64,000 nt of DNA, from the NCBI RefSeq assembly GCF_963921235.1, contig NC_086108.1, positions 6,510,001 through 6,574,000 on the forward strand, read 5' to 3'. This DNA is from Mobula hypostoma (Eukaryota). The position numbers and the translations under genes are program-made. Numbering within the stretch: the stretch's first letter is position 1; each line of letters starts with the position of its first letter. Shown one piece after another: positions 51,569 through 63,110 of the stretch. The notes below the pieces were generated by a model. It ran no database searches and had not been told where the DNA came from. It saw only the letters and a list, made by a program, of their open reading frames with translations.

Positions 51569-52664
51569 TTAGGTTCTAAGAGTGTAAAGATTGCTTCAGT
51601 CTGGGACCATGCATTCCTAAAGAGGGTTTGGCCTAATCAATATCTGTAAGTATGTGACTGTTAAGGCCAAAGAATAGTATAGAAATATTTGATAACTACT
51701 CAGAAAGCTTCTGTAGTCAGTCATGATTATTTTTGGCAAATTTCTCTACAGAAGTGATTTGCCATTACCTGCTTCTGGGCAGTGTCTTTACGAGACGGGT
51801 GACCCCAGTCATTACGAATTGACTGCCTGGCATCAGTGGTCATCTAACCAGGACTTGTGATAATGCACCAGCTACTCATACGACCATCCACAACCTGGTC
51901 CCATGGCTTCTGATCAGGGATCTGAGGAGGTGTTACATCTTCCCAAGGGTGACCTGCAGGCTAGTGGAAGGAAGGAGCACCCTACACCTTCTTTGCTAGT
52001 GACGTATCTCCTCACTGAAGAAGAAAGACAGTGGACCATGGGAGAAAGGGGAAGAGGAGAGGCATTGATGGGAGGTAAGGAAATGAGAAGGGGTAAGAGG
52101 CGAGCTGGAGTGGGGAATGGAGCAAGAAAGAGAGGCGAGGGACTTGACAAATTTCATCTTCAATCTTAATAATGGTCACACCGGGGGCACCAGATATAGT
52201 AGAAGACCTCAACAGACTTGCAGGTGAAGTGTTGGGACCCTGACTGGAGCTGAGGGAGGTTGTTTGACATTTGTCCAGCTTGCAGGAATAATAGGGAGAT
52301 CAGTAGGGAGGAACAGGTGAACGATGGAGTTTGGCAGAGCGCGATCCCTTTGGAAGCCGAGAGTGGGATGTGGGAACGATGTGCTCAGTGGCAGATCCCT
52401 CTGCAGCTAGTATCTCTTCTGCTCCACAGATGCTCCCTGACCCGCTGAGTTCACTCTGCAGTTTGAGCGTGGCTCTGGATCCCAGCATCTGCCTGAATTC
52501 CTTGTCTAGTGTCTATTTTCTCACAGTGACTGATCTGCTGAGACTGTGGGCATCCTAGATAAGGTAAATCCTCCTTGTGTCGGGGGTAGAAGTCAAAAGT
52601 TCAAAGTTTGAAGTCACCGTATATTTCCTTGCGGGCATTCACAGTAAATACAAAGAAACACAAT

Positions 52665-53010
52665 GCTGAGGCTTCCGTCGGACAGGGTCGACCATGGACC
52701 ATAGACACGCAAGCCAGGGCAGGACGATATGGAGAGCAAGCTGTCGCCCATGTAGTGAGCTCCCCCCTCCACGCAGCTGATAAGCCCAAAGGATCTGCAC
52801 AGACCGATACAGTTTGGCGCCAACAACGTGGGACCGCCTTCGGGACTCCAGCTCCGGATTTTTTCCTCGGGATTTACTCCCAAGGCCTTCCCCATGAGTA
52901 GGTATAACCACAAGGCCGTGGAGGTTTGAGAACAGAGTTTTCCTCCCCTTAGCTGAGCTGCTGATCTGTCCAAAGCAGCCCACCTTTTGTCCTTCCGCCG
53001 GGGTTAGTCA
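52665..53010 (-). mobile_element. Non-autonomous element, probably Vingi-derived
   Basis: Minus strand GGAGGAAAACTCTG..AAACCTCCAC..AAATCCGGAGCTGGAGTCCC.AAGGCGGT; homologous to 13960-14210. Confidence 0.55.
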
Positions 53011-53646
53011 CTGAGCTGTTTAAGAAGCACACCACTGGGAGCGTTTGATAGGTAACGGGAGCTTATCCCCATTACTTCCCCCGACTGTGACAGCCTTAAG
53101 AAACCAAAGAAACACCGGCAGCAGAGTAGCTTTACACGCTTCACAGTACACGTGATCTGGGTTCAATTCCTGCCGCCGCCTGTGACAAGTTTGTACGTTC
53201 TCCCCATGACCTCGTGTGTTTCCTTCAGGTGCTCTGGTTTCCTCCCACGGCTGCTCATTGTAAATGGTCCTGTGATTAGGCTAGGGTTAAAATCAGGGGG
53301 CTGCTGGGCACTGCAGCTCAAAGGGCTGGAAGGGCCGATATCTCAGTGAATGAAAAAACAATCCTGAGGTTCGTATTCCTGTGGGCATTCACAGTAAAGA
53401 CAAAAGAAACACAAAATAATCAATAAAAGACCCAAAGGAGTCAGCTCGTCTCTTCAGACTGTGGCCAACTTTGATATGAGCTCACAGCACGAGCAGTGGC
53501 GTGGCAAGCAGCCACCAGTGGAAAGCAAAAAAAACGTCTGACCTAATCGCTGTTTACAATGATAAGTACGATGCAGAAAGGAATTTAAATTCTGTGATAT
53601 TAGCCCCAGGAAAAAAAATGTCACTGTGCTGTAATATACTCTGTAA

Positions 53647-53660
53647 CCTCCAGGGGGCAG
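53647..53660 (+). promoter_or_regulatory. Candidate CTCF site
   Basis: CCTCCAGGGGGCAG resembles the CTCF core; lies in a non-repetitive stretch. Confidence 0.35.
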
Positions 53661-55156
53661 TCGTGGATCAGATTTCCATCATGCCCCATTAAAAATGATG
53701 CAAGATTAAAATAACAATGCTGCCACTCCACCCTGTCCAAACCCTCCTGTTTATGAGACAGGCAAACTCAGATTAATTGAGGCTTTATTAAGAGCAGATT
53801 GACAAGGGCGATGCCACATCTTCTTTGACCCAGGTTTCCTCTGCTGGCTTGCCGCATAGTTCCACAAAGCAACACACACAAAATGCTGGAGGAAATCAGT
53901 GGGTTGGGCAGAATCTATGGGAGTGAATAGATTGTCGACGTTTTGGGCTGAGATCCTCCTCCTTCTAGGGAGAAATATTAAACAGCCTCAGAATAGAGGG
54001 ACATCCCTTTAGAACAGAGATGAGGAGGAATTTCTTGAACCAGAGCAGAGGTTGATAGGTTCTTGATCAGTCAGAGTATCAAAGGTTATGGGGAGAAGGC
54101 AGAAGAATGGGGTTGAGAGGGATAATAAATCAGCCATGATGGAATAGTGGGGCACATTTGATGGGCTGAATGGCCTAATTCTGTTCCTGTGTCTTAAGGG
54201 GTTTCAGTGGTAATGCTATTTATTGTTAATGGGGTGCATAGAGACATGGTAGTTGGCGTAGCTACCCATGACCATGTGGGTTTCCTCAGGGTGCTCTGGT
54301 TTCCTCCCACACTCCAAATGATGTGCCTACAGTTTAGGGTTAGTAAGTTGTGGGTATGCTACGTTGGCACCTGATGTGCCAAAAGCTTTCTTTACAACGA
54401 CGTTCAATGAATTATGGGCCTGTATTCCCTGATCCCTCTGTTCTACCGCACTCCTCAGTGCCCTACCGTTCACTGTGTTAGACCTACCCTGGCTGGTCCT
54501 ACCAAAGTGCAACACCGCGCCCTTGTCTGCATTGAATTACGTCTGGCATTTTTTCAGCCCATTTTTCCATCTGGTGAGATCCTGCAACAAGGCACGATAG
54601 ACTTCCTGATGTTCTCTACACCCCAATATCGGTGTCATCTGCAAAGTTGCTGATCCATTTAAACATATTATCACCCAGATCGTTGATATAAGTGACAAAC
54701 CACAACGGACCCAGCATCAGTTCCTGCAGCACTCCACAAGTCACAGGCCTCCAGTCAGAGGCAACCGTCTACCACCACTCTCCAGCATCTCCCCCCAAGC
54801 CAGTGTCTGATCCAGTTTGCTACCTCGTTTTGAATGCCAAGTATCTGAACCTTCATGACCAACCTCCCATCCGGGAATCTGGGAGATGGGACACGGTGGA
54901 TTTTTTGTCTCCCTCTCAGGCTAGGTGAGTTCTCACAGTAGTTTGACTTTTATTTCTACTAGCACCGTCAAATACTACACAATTCATTGAAATTGGTCCT
55001 AACAACTTTGCCCTCATGGGATTTGAAGTCTGGTTTGCTGCTGCAGTTGTTCTTGCCCCAGTCCTGGGCTCGCGACCATGCTCCTCAGTTCCACGGGATG
55101 TTTGTCAGCAGCGCGGTGAGGAAACTGATCTCCTCGTCTGCATTTCTCACTTCGGG

Positions 55157-55245
55157 CTACAGTCCCGCCCTTGCACAGTAACTTCTGGGGTGGTGTTCCA
55201 ACTTGTTTCTGCTACTCCGTTCCCACGAGAGCGCATTCACCTCTG
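55157..55245 (-). CDS. Candidate terminal coding exon of nested antisense gene
   Basis: ccttccAG|CA GAG..CTG TAG; (P)EVNALSWERSSRNKLEHHPRSYCARAGL*; AATAAA on minus strand at 54949-54954; non-repetitive context. Confidence 0.42.
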
Positions 55246-56136
55246 CTGGAAGGTTTCAGGAACAGGAGCTCCAGCCGAAAACAGTAGTTAAGTTGCCGTT
55301 AACCCACCTACTGATCCCTTGAGAATTTTATGGTCTATAAAGTTCATGTGCTGACATCATATCGTTATAAAAGTTTCAAAAGATAAAGATTAGCTTTATT
55401 TGTCAGTGTACAGTGACACACACAGTGAAATGTGTCTTTTTGCATCAACAATCAATGCAGTCCTAGAATGTGCTGGGGTCAACCCGCAAGTGTCAGTGCA
55501 CTTCTCAGAACTTAACTCTAACCGTTTTGTCTGTGGACTGTGGGAGGAAACTGGAGCACCTGGAGGAAACCCACACGGTCACGGGGTAAATGTGCAGGCA
55601 GCGGTGGGAATCGCATCCGGGTCGCTGGTACTATAAAGCTTTGTGCTAACAACTATGCTACTTCCCAAACTTCTGAATACCTTGGACCAATACCATTAAG
55701 CAAAAGGTCCACGAGGCCCAGGTTGGGAACCCCTAACTTAGAGGTCAAAGTACAGATATGGAATAAAAGTGGTTTGAAGTGTTTACAGTGCCTAGTCTGA
55801 AGTAGTAGATGGGAGGGGAGGAGGTCTAACTAGATTGGTCATAGAAAAGTACAGCACAGAAACAGGCCATTCAGCCCACCTAGTCAGTGCCAAACCATTT
55901 AAACTGCTGGCTCCCATCGACCTGTGCTGGACCATAGCCTTCCATACCCCTACTATCTAAGCTTCTCCTTAACTTTGAAATCGAGCTCGCACATTTCACT
56001 TGCACTGGCAGCTCGTTCCACACTCTCACACCTCCCTCTGAGTGAAGAAGTTCTCCCTCATGTCCCTTTTAAAGGTGTCACCTCTCACCCTTCACCCATG
56101 ACCTCTAGCCGTAGCCCCATGGAGACCGATGTCTGC

Positions 56137-56184
<48 letters not shown>

Positions 56185-56429
56185 TGCTGGGGGACTGAGC
56201 AGGCCAGGCAGCGTCTGTGGAGAGCCTGATGTTTCAGGTTAAGGCCCTGGACCGGGGTGTAACTCAGCCATCCATTTGCTTGCACAGATACTGCCCGGGC
56301 CTGCTGAGTTCCTCCAGCCTTCTGCTCCTTCCTCGCCTGCGATCGGCCGCAGTGTGCGAACTCAGATGAAAATAGATTTACGACCGCTGGTTAATGACAT
56401 AAATAATATTATATGTAAAATATGACTCA

Positions 56430-57110
56430 TCGTCCATGGCCCTCTCTTCTCACACTTTGAGGCCACCCTCGGGGTGGAGGAGCAACACCTCATATTCCTT
56501 CTGGGGAGCCTCCAACCTGATGGCGTGAACTTTCTCCTTCTGGGACATTACTTTTTTCCCTCCCCCTTCCCCCCTCTCCTATTCATTTATTTGCGGAGAT
56601 ACGGTCCAGAATTGGCTTTTCCAGCCCTTCAGGCTGAGCCGCCAGCGGCCCCCGATTTCGCACTAGCCGAATCACGGGACCAGTTAACCTACTAGCTGGT
56701 ACGTCTTTGGGCTGTCGGAGGAAATCAGAGCATGCGGAGGAAACCCACGCGGTCACGAGGAGAGCATTTGAGCTGCACTCTGACCTCGGGCCTCTTTTCC
56801 TCACCTGCCCATCACCTCCCCCTGGAGCATCCCCCCCCCCACCCCTTCCCCCTCTCCCATGGTCCACTCTCCTCTCCTATCAGATTCCTTCCTCTCCAGC
56901 CCTTTACCTTTCCCACCCACCTATCTCCTTCCCCTACCCCACCTTTTTATTCTGGCATCTTCTCCCTTCCTTCTCAGTCTTGATGAAGGGTCTCAGCCCG
57001 AAACGTCGACTGTTTATTCCCCTCCATAGATGCTGCCTGACCTGCTGAGTTGCTCCAGCATTTTGTGTGTGTTGCTCTGGATTTCCAGCATCTGCAGAAT
57101 CTCTTGTGTT
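56430..57110 (+). mobile_element. Penelope-like 3' remnant interrupted by a V-SINE
   Basis: EEQHLIFLLGSLQPDG; pyrimidine tract; hammerhead-like motif 56975-57012. Confidence 0.75.
56975..57012 (+). ncRNA. Hammerhead ribozyme motif, C3U variant
   Basis: CAGTC-TTGATGA-A-GGG-TCTCAG-CCC-GAAA-CG-TC-GACTG. Confidence 0.6.
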
Positions 57111-57698
57111 TTTGACATAAAAGTTGTTACATATCGGTGCAAAGGCGTAAAAATCTATAAATTAAATGTTTAAAAAATACAGGTAAAAAGGGAATAACAA
57201 AGACAGTGTTCGTGGCCTGTTCAGAAATCGGATGGCAGAGGGGAAGAAGCTCTCTCTGAATTGCTCAGTGTGGCTCCTGTACCTCCTCCCTGACGGTGGT
57301 TATGAGAGGAGGGCATATCCTAGGTCTGAGGGTGCTTTTGGGATGGTACCACCTTCCTGAGGATGTCCTCGTCTTCTATCCAGCTGAGAAGGGAGATGAG
57401 GCCTCGGTTTAATCTGGCGGGGCCAACTGTGGCGCACTCCCTTGGTGACCGTGCACGCAGACGTCTGTCTGCGCTGCCCCATTCCCCGTCCTAACTGGAT
57501 TGTACTGAACTGCATTGGCCACCGGTCTGCCCAGCCCGACCATGTGCCTACCCTCCACAGTTAATGCTACACACCCTTGAGGTGTTGATAAACTCCCCTC
57601 TGCCTGTTTTCAGGCTATTCACACAACTTGGGGAAACAACAGAACTCCGGCATGTGGGAAGTTCATGGGAGTTAAAATTCTTTTGGCAGTGTTCTCAC

Positions 57699-57757
57699 GA
57701 GGGTCCAGGAATGGTGGGAAATCCGTGAGGAACTGGGTCTGACTCGTCCGCATGAAG
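57699..57757 (-). CDS. Candidate exon of an unidentified nested antisense gene
   Basis: aatttcAG|C TTC ATG..CCT C|GTGAGA; FMRTSQTQFLTDFPPFLDP; phase matches candidate exon 55245-55157. Confidence 0.4.
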
Positions 57758-57799
57758 CTGAAATTTCACTGTGGCTGATACACTACCACACGCGCCCAC

Positions 57800-57817
57800 A
57801 TGTAGACACATGCATCT

Positions 57818-57870
<53 letters not shown>

Positions 57871-58151
57871 ATACACACAAACGTCCAGACACAGACAGAC
57901 ACACTCACACACACACACACGCACACACGCATCACACACACGCACACACGCATCTCACACACACACACACATACATACATACACACAAACGTCCAGACAC
58001 AGACACACTCACACACACACACACACACACACACGCATCACACACACACACACACACACACACATGCATCTCACACGCACACACACACACATACATACAT
58101 ACACTCAAACGTGCAGACACAGACAGACACACTCACTCTCACACATACACA
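57800..58151. repeat. Compound (CA)n microsatellite
   Basis: Long CA runs with repeated AAACGT(C/G)CAGACACAGACA interruptions. Confidence 0.95.
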
Positions 58152-59209
58152 CCCTTGCTGATGCAGGAACTGGTCAGATTAGATGCCACACATAACTCCG
58201 TGTTACACCCTGCCTACACTTGCGCAAAGAAGCGCTGTTTATTTTACACTGGAATGCTGGGTCAAGGCCCAACCAAAGAAAGGAAGTTCAGATGAGATAA
58301 AAGACGTGATATCTGTTCTGCTGTTGTGACATGAGTTTCTATAGTCTTGTGGCGAGATAAAGAAGTGAGGGTGTGGATTACAGTTCACTTTGTGCTTTCG
58401 GAAGAGGGCTTTCCTGCCGTGAGAACCCCTTTATGTCACAGGTAGAAGCTCCAGGTGGAAGTTAAGCTCTTCTAGGTAGATGGTGATTTGGTTTAATGGT
58501 GTGACATATACCGAGGTGCAGTAAAACTCGCCTTGCACGCTGTTCACATAGATCAGATCGTTACAGAGTGCGTTGAGGTAGAACAATAGCAGAATGCAGA
58601 ATAATTGTAACAGCTACAGAGAAGGTGCGGTGCAGGTAAACTATTAGGGTGCAAGATCATAACAAGGTAGATTGTGAGCTCGAGAGTTCACCTTTATCGT
58701 TCTAGGGACCTATTTAATAGTCCTGTAGCAGTGGGGTAGAAGCTATCCTTGAGCCTGGTTGTACGTCCTTCCTGGCTTTTGTATCTCCTGCCGGATGGAA
58801 GGGGGGAAGAGGGAATGTCCAAGGTTGATTATGCTGGCTGCTTCACCGAGGCAGTGACAGAGTCCACGAGGGGAGAGCAACACGCACAAAATGCTGGAGC
58901 AACTCGGTGAGTCGGGCAGCATCTACAGAGGGAAATAAAGAGTCGGTGGTTTGGGCTGGAACCCTTCACCAGGACCGACCAGATTGTCTGCACATGCTGC
59001 CTGGCCTGCTGAGTTCCTCCAGCATTTTGTGTGCGTTGCCCAAGATTTTCAGCATCTTGTGCCTCCTTTTGGCGCATTGGCCTTCATAAATTAAAGTTTC
59101 CTGGCATAATTTACATATTACTATTTATGGTTTTATTACTATTTATTATTTATGGTGCAACTGTAACGAAAACCAATTTCCCCCGGGATCAATAAAGTAT
59201 GACTATGAC

Positions 59210-60235
59210 TATTGACTACATGAGATGGGGTGTTATGTTGAAGTTGTATAAGATGTTGGTGAGGCCTAATTTGAAGTATTAACATAGAACATAGAATAGT
59301 ACAGCACAGTACAGGCCCTTCAGCCCACAATGTTGTGCTGACCTTCAACCCCTGCCTCCCATATAAGCCCCCACCTTAAATTCCTCCATATACCTGTCTA
59401 GTAGTCTCTTAAATTTCACTAGTGTATCTGCCTCCACCACTGACTCAGGCAGTGCATTCCACGCACCAACCACTCTCTGAGTAAAAAACCTTCCTCTAAT
59501 ATCCCCCTTGAACTTCCCACCCCTCACCTTAAAGCCATGTCCTCTTGTATTGAGCAGTGGTGCCCTGGGGAAGAGGCATTGGCTATCCACTCTATCTATT
59601 CCTCTTATTATCTTGTACACCTCTATCATGTCTCCTCTCATCCTCCTTCTCTCCAAAGAGTAAAGCCCTAGCTCCCTTAATCTCTGATCTCTGAAGTATT
59701 GTCTTCAGTTTTGGTCACCTACCTACAGGAAAGATGTAAGTAAGCTTGAAAAAATACAGAGAAAATTTAGAATAATGTTGCTGGAACCAAAGGACCTGAG
59801 TTATAAGGAAAGATTGAGTAGGTTAGGATTTTTACTGTTTGGAATGTAGAAGATTGAGGGAAAATTTGATAGAGGTATACAAAATTATGAGGGGTATAGA
59901 TAGGGTAAATGCAAGCAGGCTTTTTCCACTGAGGTTGGATGGGATTACAACCAGAGGTCATGGGTTAAGGGTGAAAGAAGAGAAGTTTAAGGGGAACATG
60001 AGAGGAAACTTCCTTCACTCAGAGGGTGGTGAGAGTGTGGAATGAGCTGCTGGCACAAGTGGTGCATGCGAGCTCGATTTCAATGTTTAAGAGAAGTTTG
60101 GATAGGCAGAGTGTATGAATGGTAGAATATGGAGGGCTGTGGTCCCACTGCAAGTGGATAGGAGTAGTCTGTTTAAATGGGTTGGCACAGACTCGATGGG
60201 CTGAAGGGCCTGTTTCTGTGCTGTACTTTTCTATG
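59210..60235 (+). mobile_element. CR1 3' part containing a nested antisense CR1 3' end (59281-59691)
   Basis: TSD TGAAGTATT at 59272-80 and 59692-700; ORFs 59345-59656(-) and 59839-60045(+). Confidence 0.9.
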
Positions 60236-60421
60236 CCTCCTGTGGAGGGAGGCTAGTTTCTGTCTTGGGCTCAGCTGTGTCCACAACTCTCTGCAGTCAC
60301 AGGCAGAGCAGTTGCCGTACCAACGCATCCAGACAGAACTGTTCTTCTCCAACTACGTTCTTTATAGTTCTAAAAGCCTCTGAATGTTGATTTAAGGTAA
60401 CAGAATCTAATTCTCTTCCAG

Positions 60422-60480
60422 GGGCTTTCAGAACACTGGACAAGTTTGGAACCGGCGTGGTCAATATTGGCTACAAAGAG
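60422..60480 (+). CDS. Calpain exon K (EF5, penultimate coding exon)
   Basis: tctcttccAG|GG..GAG|GTGAGC; 59 nt, (R)AFRTLDKFGTGVVNIGYKE. Confidence 0.92.
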
Positions 60481-60556
60481 GTGAGCTTGGCCACACAAAT
60501 GCTTGAAGCATACAGCAAGTCAGTCAGCCTCTGTAGAGGGAGGAACCAAGCTAATA

Positions 60557-62138
60557 AAGTGCCAATAAAAAGTATTCACACCCCCTCCCTTGGAAGTTTT
60601 CATGTTTTATTGTTTCGCAGCATTGAATCACAGTGGATTTAATTTGGCTTTTTTGATACTGATCAAAAGAAAAGGACTCTTCTGTGTCAAAGTGAAAACA
60701 GATCTCTACAAGGTGATCTAAATTAATTGCAAATATAAAACACAAATTAATGATTGCATAAGTATCCATCCCAAAAATATGACATGGCAAATCACTACTG
60801 GTTTTAGAAGTCACATAATTAGTTAAGTGAAGATGTTTTGGAGACCTGTGTGCAGTCAAGGTGTTTCAATTGATTGTAGTAAAAATACACCTGTATCTGG
60901 AAGATCCAACTGCTGGTGAGTCAGTATCCTGGCAAAAGCTACACCATGAAGACAAAAGAACACTCCAAGCAACTCTGGAAAAAGGTTATTGAAAAGCACA
61001 AGTCAGGAGATGGATACAAGAACATTTCCAAGTCACTGAATATCCCTTGGAATACAGTTAAGTCAATCATCAAGAAATGGAAAGAATATGGCACAGCTGT
61101 AAATCTGCCTAGAGCAGGCCGTCCTCAAAAACTGAGTGACCGTGCAAGAAGGGGACTAGTGAGGGAGGCCACCAAGAGACCTATGACAACTCTGGAGGAG
61201 TTACAAGCCTCAGTGGCTGAGATGGGAGAGACTGCACATACAACTGCTGACCAGGTTCTTCACCAGTCACAGCTTTATGGGAGAGTGGCAAAGAGAAAGC
61301 CACTGTTGAAAAAAGATCATACGAAATCTCGGCTAGAGTTTGCCAGAAGGCATGTGAGAGACTCTGAAGTCAGCTGGAAGAAGGGTCTATGGTCCGATGA
61401 AACCAAAATTGAGCTTTTTGGCCATCAGACTAAACGCTACGTTTAGCATAAGCCAAACCGCACATCATCAAAAACACACCATCCCTACCATGAAGCATGC
61501 TGTGGGGATGCTTCACTGCTGCAGGCCCTGGAAGGCTTGTGAAGGTAGAGGGTAAAATGAATGCAGCAAAATACAGGGAAATCCTGGAGGAAAATCTGAT
61601 TCAGTCTGCAAGGGAACTGTGACTTGGGAGAAGATGTGTTTTCCAGCAAGACAATGACCCCAAGCATAAAGCCAAAGCTACACAGGAATGGCTTAAGAAC
61701 AACAAAGTTAATGTCCTGGAATGGCCAGGTCAGAGTCCAGACCTCAATCCAATTGTGAATTTGTAGCTTCACTCACAATCCTCATGCAATCTGACAGAGC
61801 TTGAGCAGTTTTGTAAAGAAGAATGGGGAAAAATTGCAGTGTCCAGATGTGTTGATAGAGACCTATCCACACAGACTCGAGGCTGTAATTGCTGCCAAGG
61901 GTGCATCTACTAAATACTCACTTGAAAGGGTGAATACTTGTGCAATCAATTATTTTGTGTTTTATATTTGTAATTAATGTAGATCACTTTGTAGGAATCT
62001 GTTTTCACTTTGACATGAAAGTTTCTTTTTCTGTTGACCAGTGTCAAAAAAGCCAAATTAAAACCATTGTGATTCAATGTTGTAAATCAATAAAACATGA
62101 AAACTTCCAAAGGGGTTGAATACTTTTTATAGGCACTG
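60557..62138 (+). mobile_element. Tc1-like DNA transposon, full length, inactivated
   Basis: TA at 60555-56 and 62139-40; long (about 215 bp) terminal inverted repeats; transposase from ATG 60946 ([33 protein letters not shown]) with stops. Confidence 0.95.
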
Positions 62139-62244
62139 TATTTCAGGTTAACAAGCGTTCATCAGAACTACAAAGATTAAGAAGCGAAATAAATTCTAAA
62201 TTGGAGAGAAGAGGAGGAGGGTTAGAGTTCAAAATAAGTTTACT

Positions 62245-63110
62245 TTGAATGCAAAATCCTACAAAAAGTAATGGAGTTGGCCCAGTACATCACAGATAAA
62301 GCCTTCCTAACCCACTGAGCACATCTATATGAAAAGCTGTCACAGGAAAGCAGCATCCATCATCAGAGATCCCCACCACCCAGGCCGTGCTGTCTTCTTG
62401 CTGCTGCCATCAGGTAGAAGGTACAAGAGCCTCAGGACTCGCACCACCAGGTTCAGGAGCAGTTACTACCCCTCAACCATCAGGCTCTTGAATAAAAGGA
62501 GATAACTACACTGACTTGCCCCATCATTGAGATGCTCCCACAACCAATGATCTCACATTAAGGAATCTTTATCTCGTTATCTCATTATTTATTGTTATTT
62601 ATTTATATTTCCATTTGCACAGTTTGTTGTCTTCTGCACTCTGGTTGATCTTTCATTGATCCTGTTATAGTTACTATTCTATAGATTTGGTACGTTTGCC
62701 CACAGGAAAATCTGGGTTGTATATGATGATATATATGTACTTTGATGATAATATTTATTTTGAAGGTTGATATATGTCACAGTATCCAACCCTGAGATTC
62801 ATTTTCTTGGTGGCATTCACAGTAAGTACAAAGAAACACAATAGAATCAGTGAAAGACAGCAGACAACAGGACGGACAGTGTGCAGAAGAGAACAAACTG
62901 TGCAAATACAAAAAGAAAAATAATAAATAAATATCAAGAACATGAGTCCTTGAAAGTGAGTCCATAGTTCAGGCCATCGTTGGGGTGAGTGAAGTTATCC
63001 CCTCCATGTGAGCCTGGTGGTTGAGAGGTGATAACTGTTCCAAAACCTGGTGGTGTGGCTCCTGGGGCTCCTTCCTGATGCCAGCAACAAGAGAACAAGA
63101 GGGAGGTCTC
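62245..63110. mobile_element. Two Rex-Babar 3' ends joined tail to tail
   Basis: Plus copy about 62245-62765 closely similar to 13465-13945; minus copy about 62765-63110. Confidence 0.75.

Noticed and set aside
57695..58295. His/Thr- and Cys/Val-rich ORFs
   Set aside because: Translations of a (CA)n microsatellite.
58155..58490. Upstream exon or promoter for the candidate antisense gene
   Set aside because: Only weak donor/acceptor pairs and a CATAAA motif; no convincing phase-compatible exon.
60916..61446. 176-aa ORF as a domesticated transposase
   Set aside because: It is the N-terminal part of a decaying Tc1 within intact TIRs and ends at a TGG>TAG-type stop.
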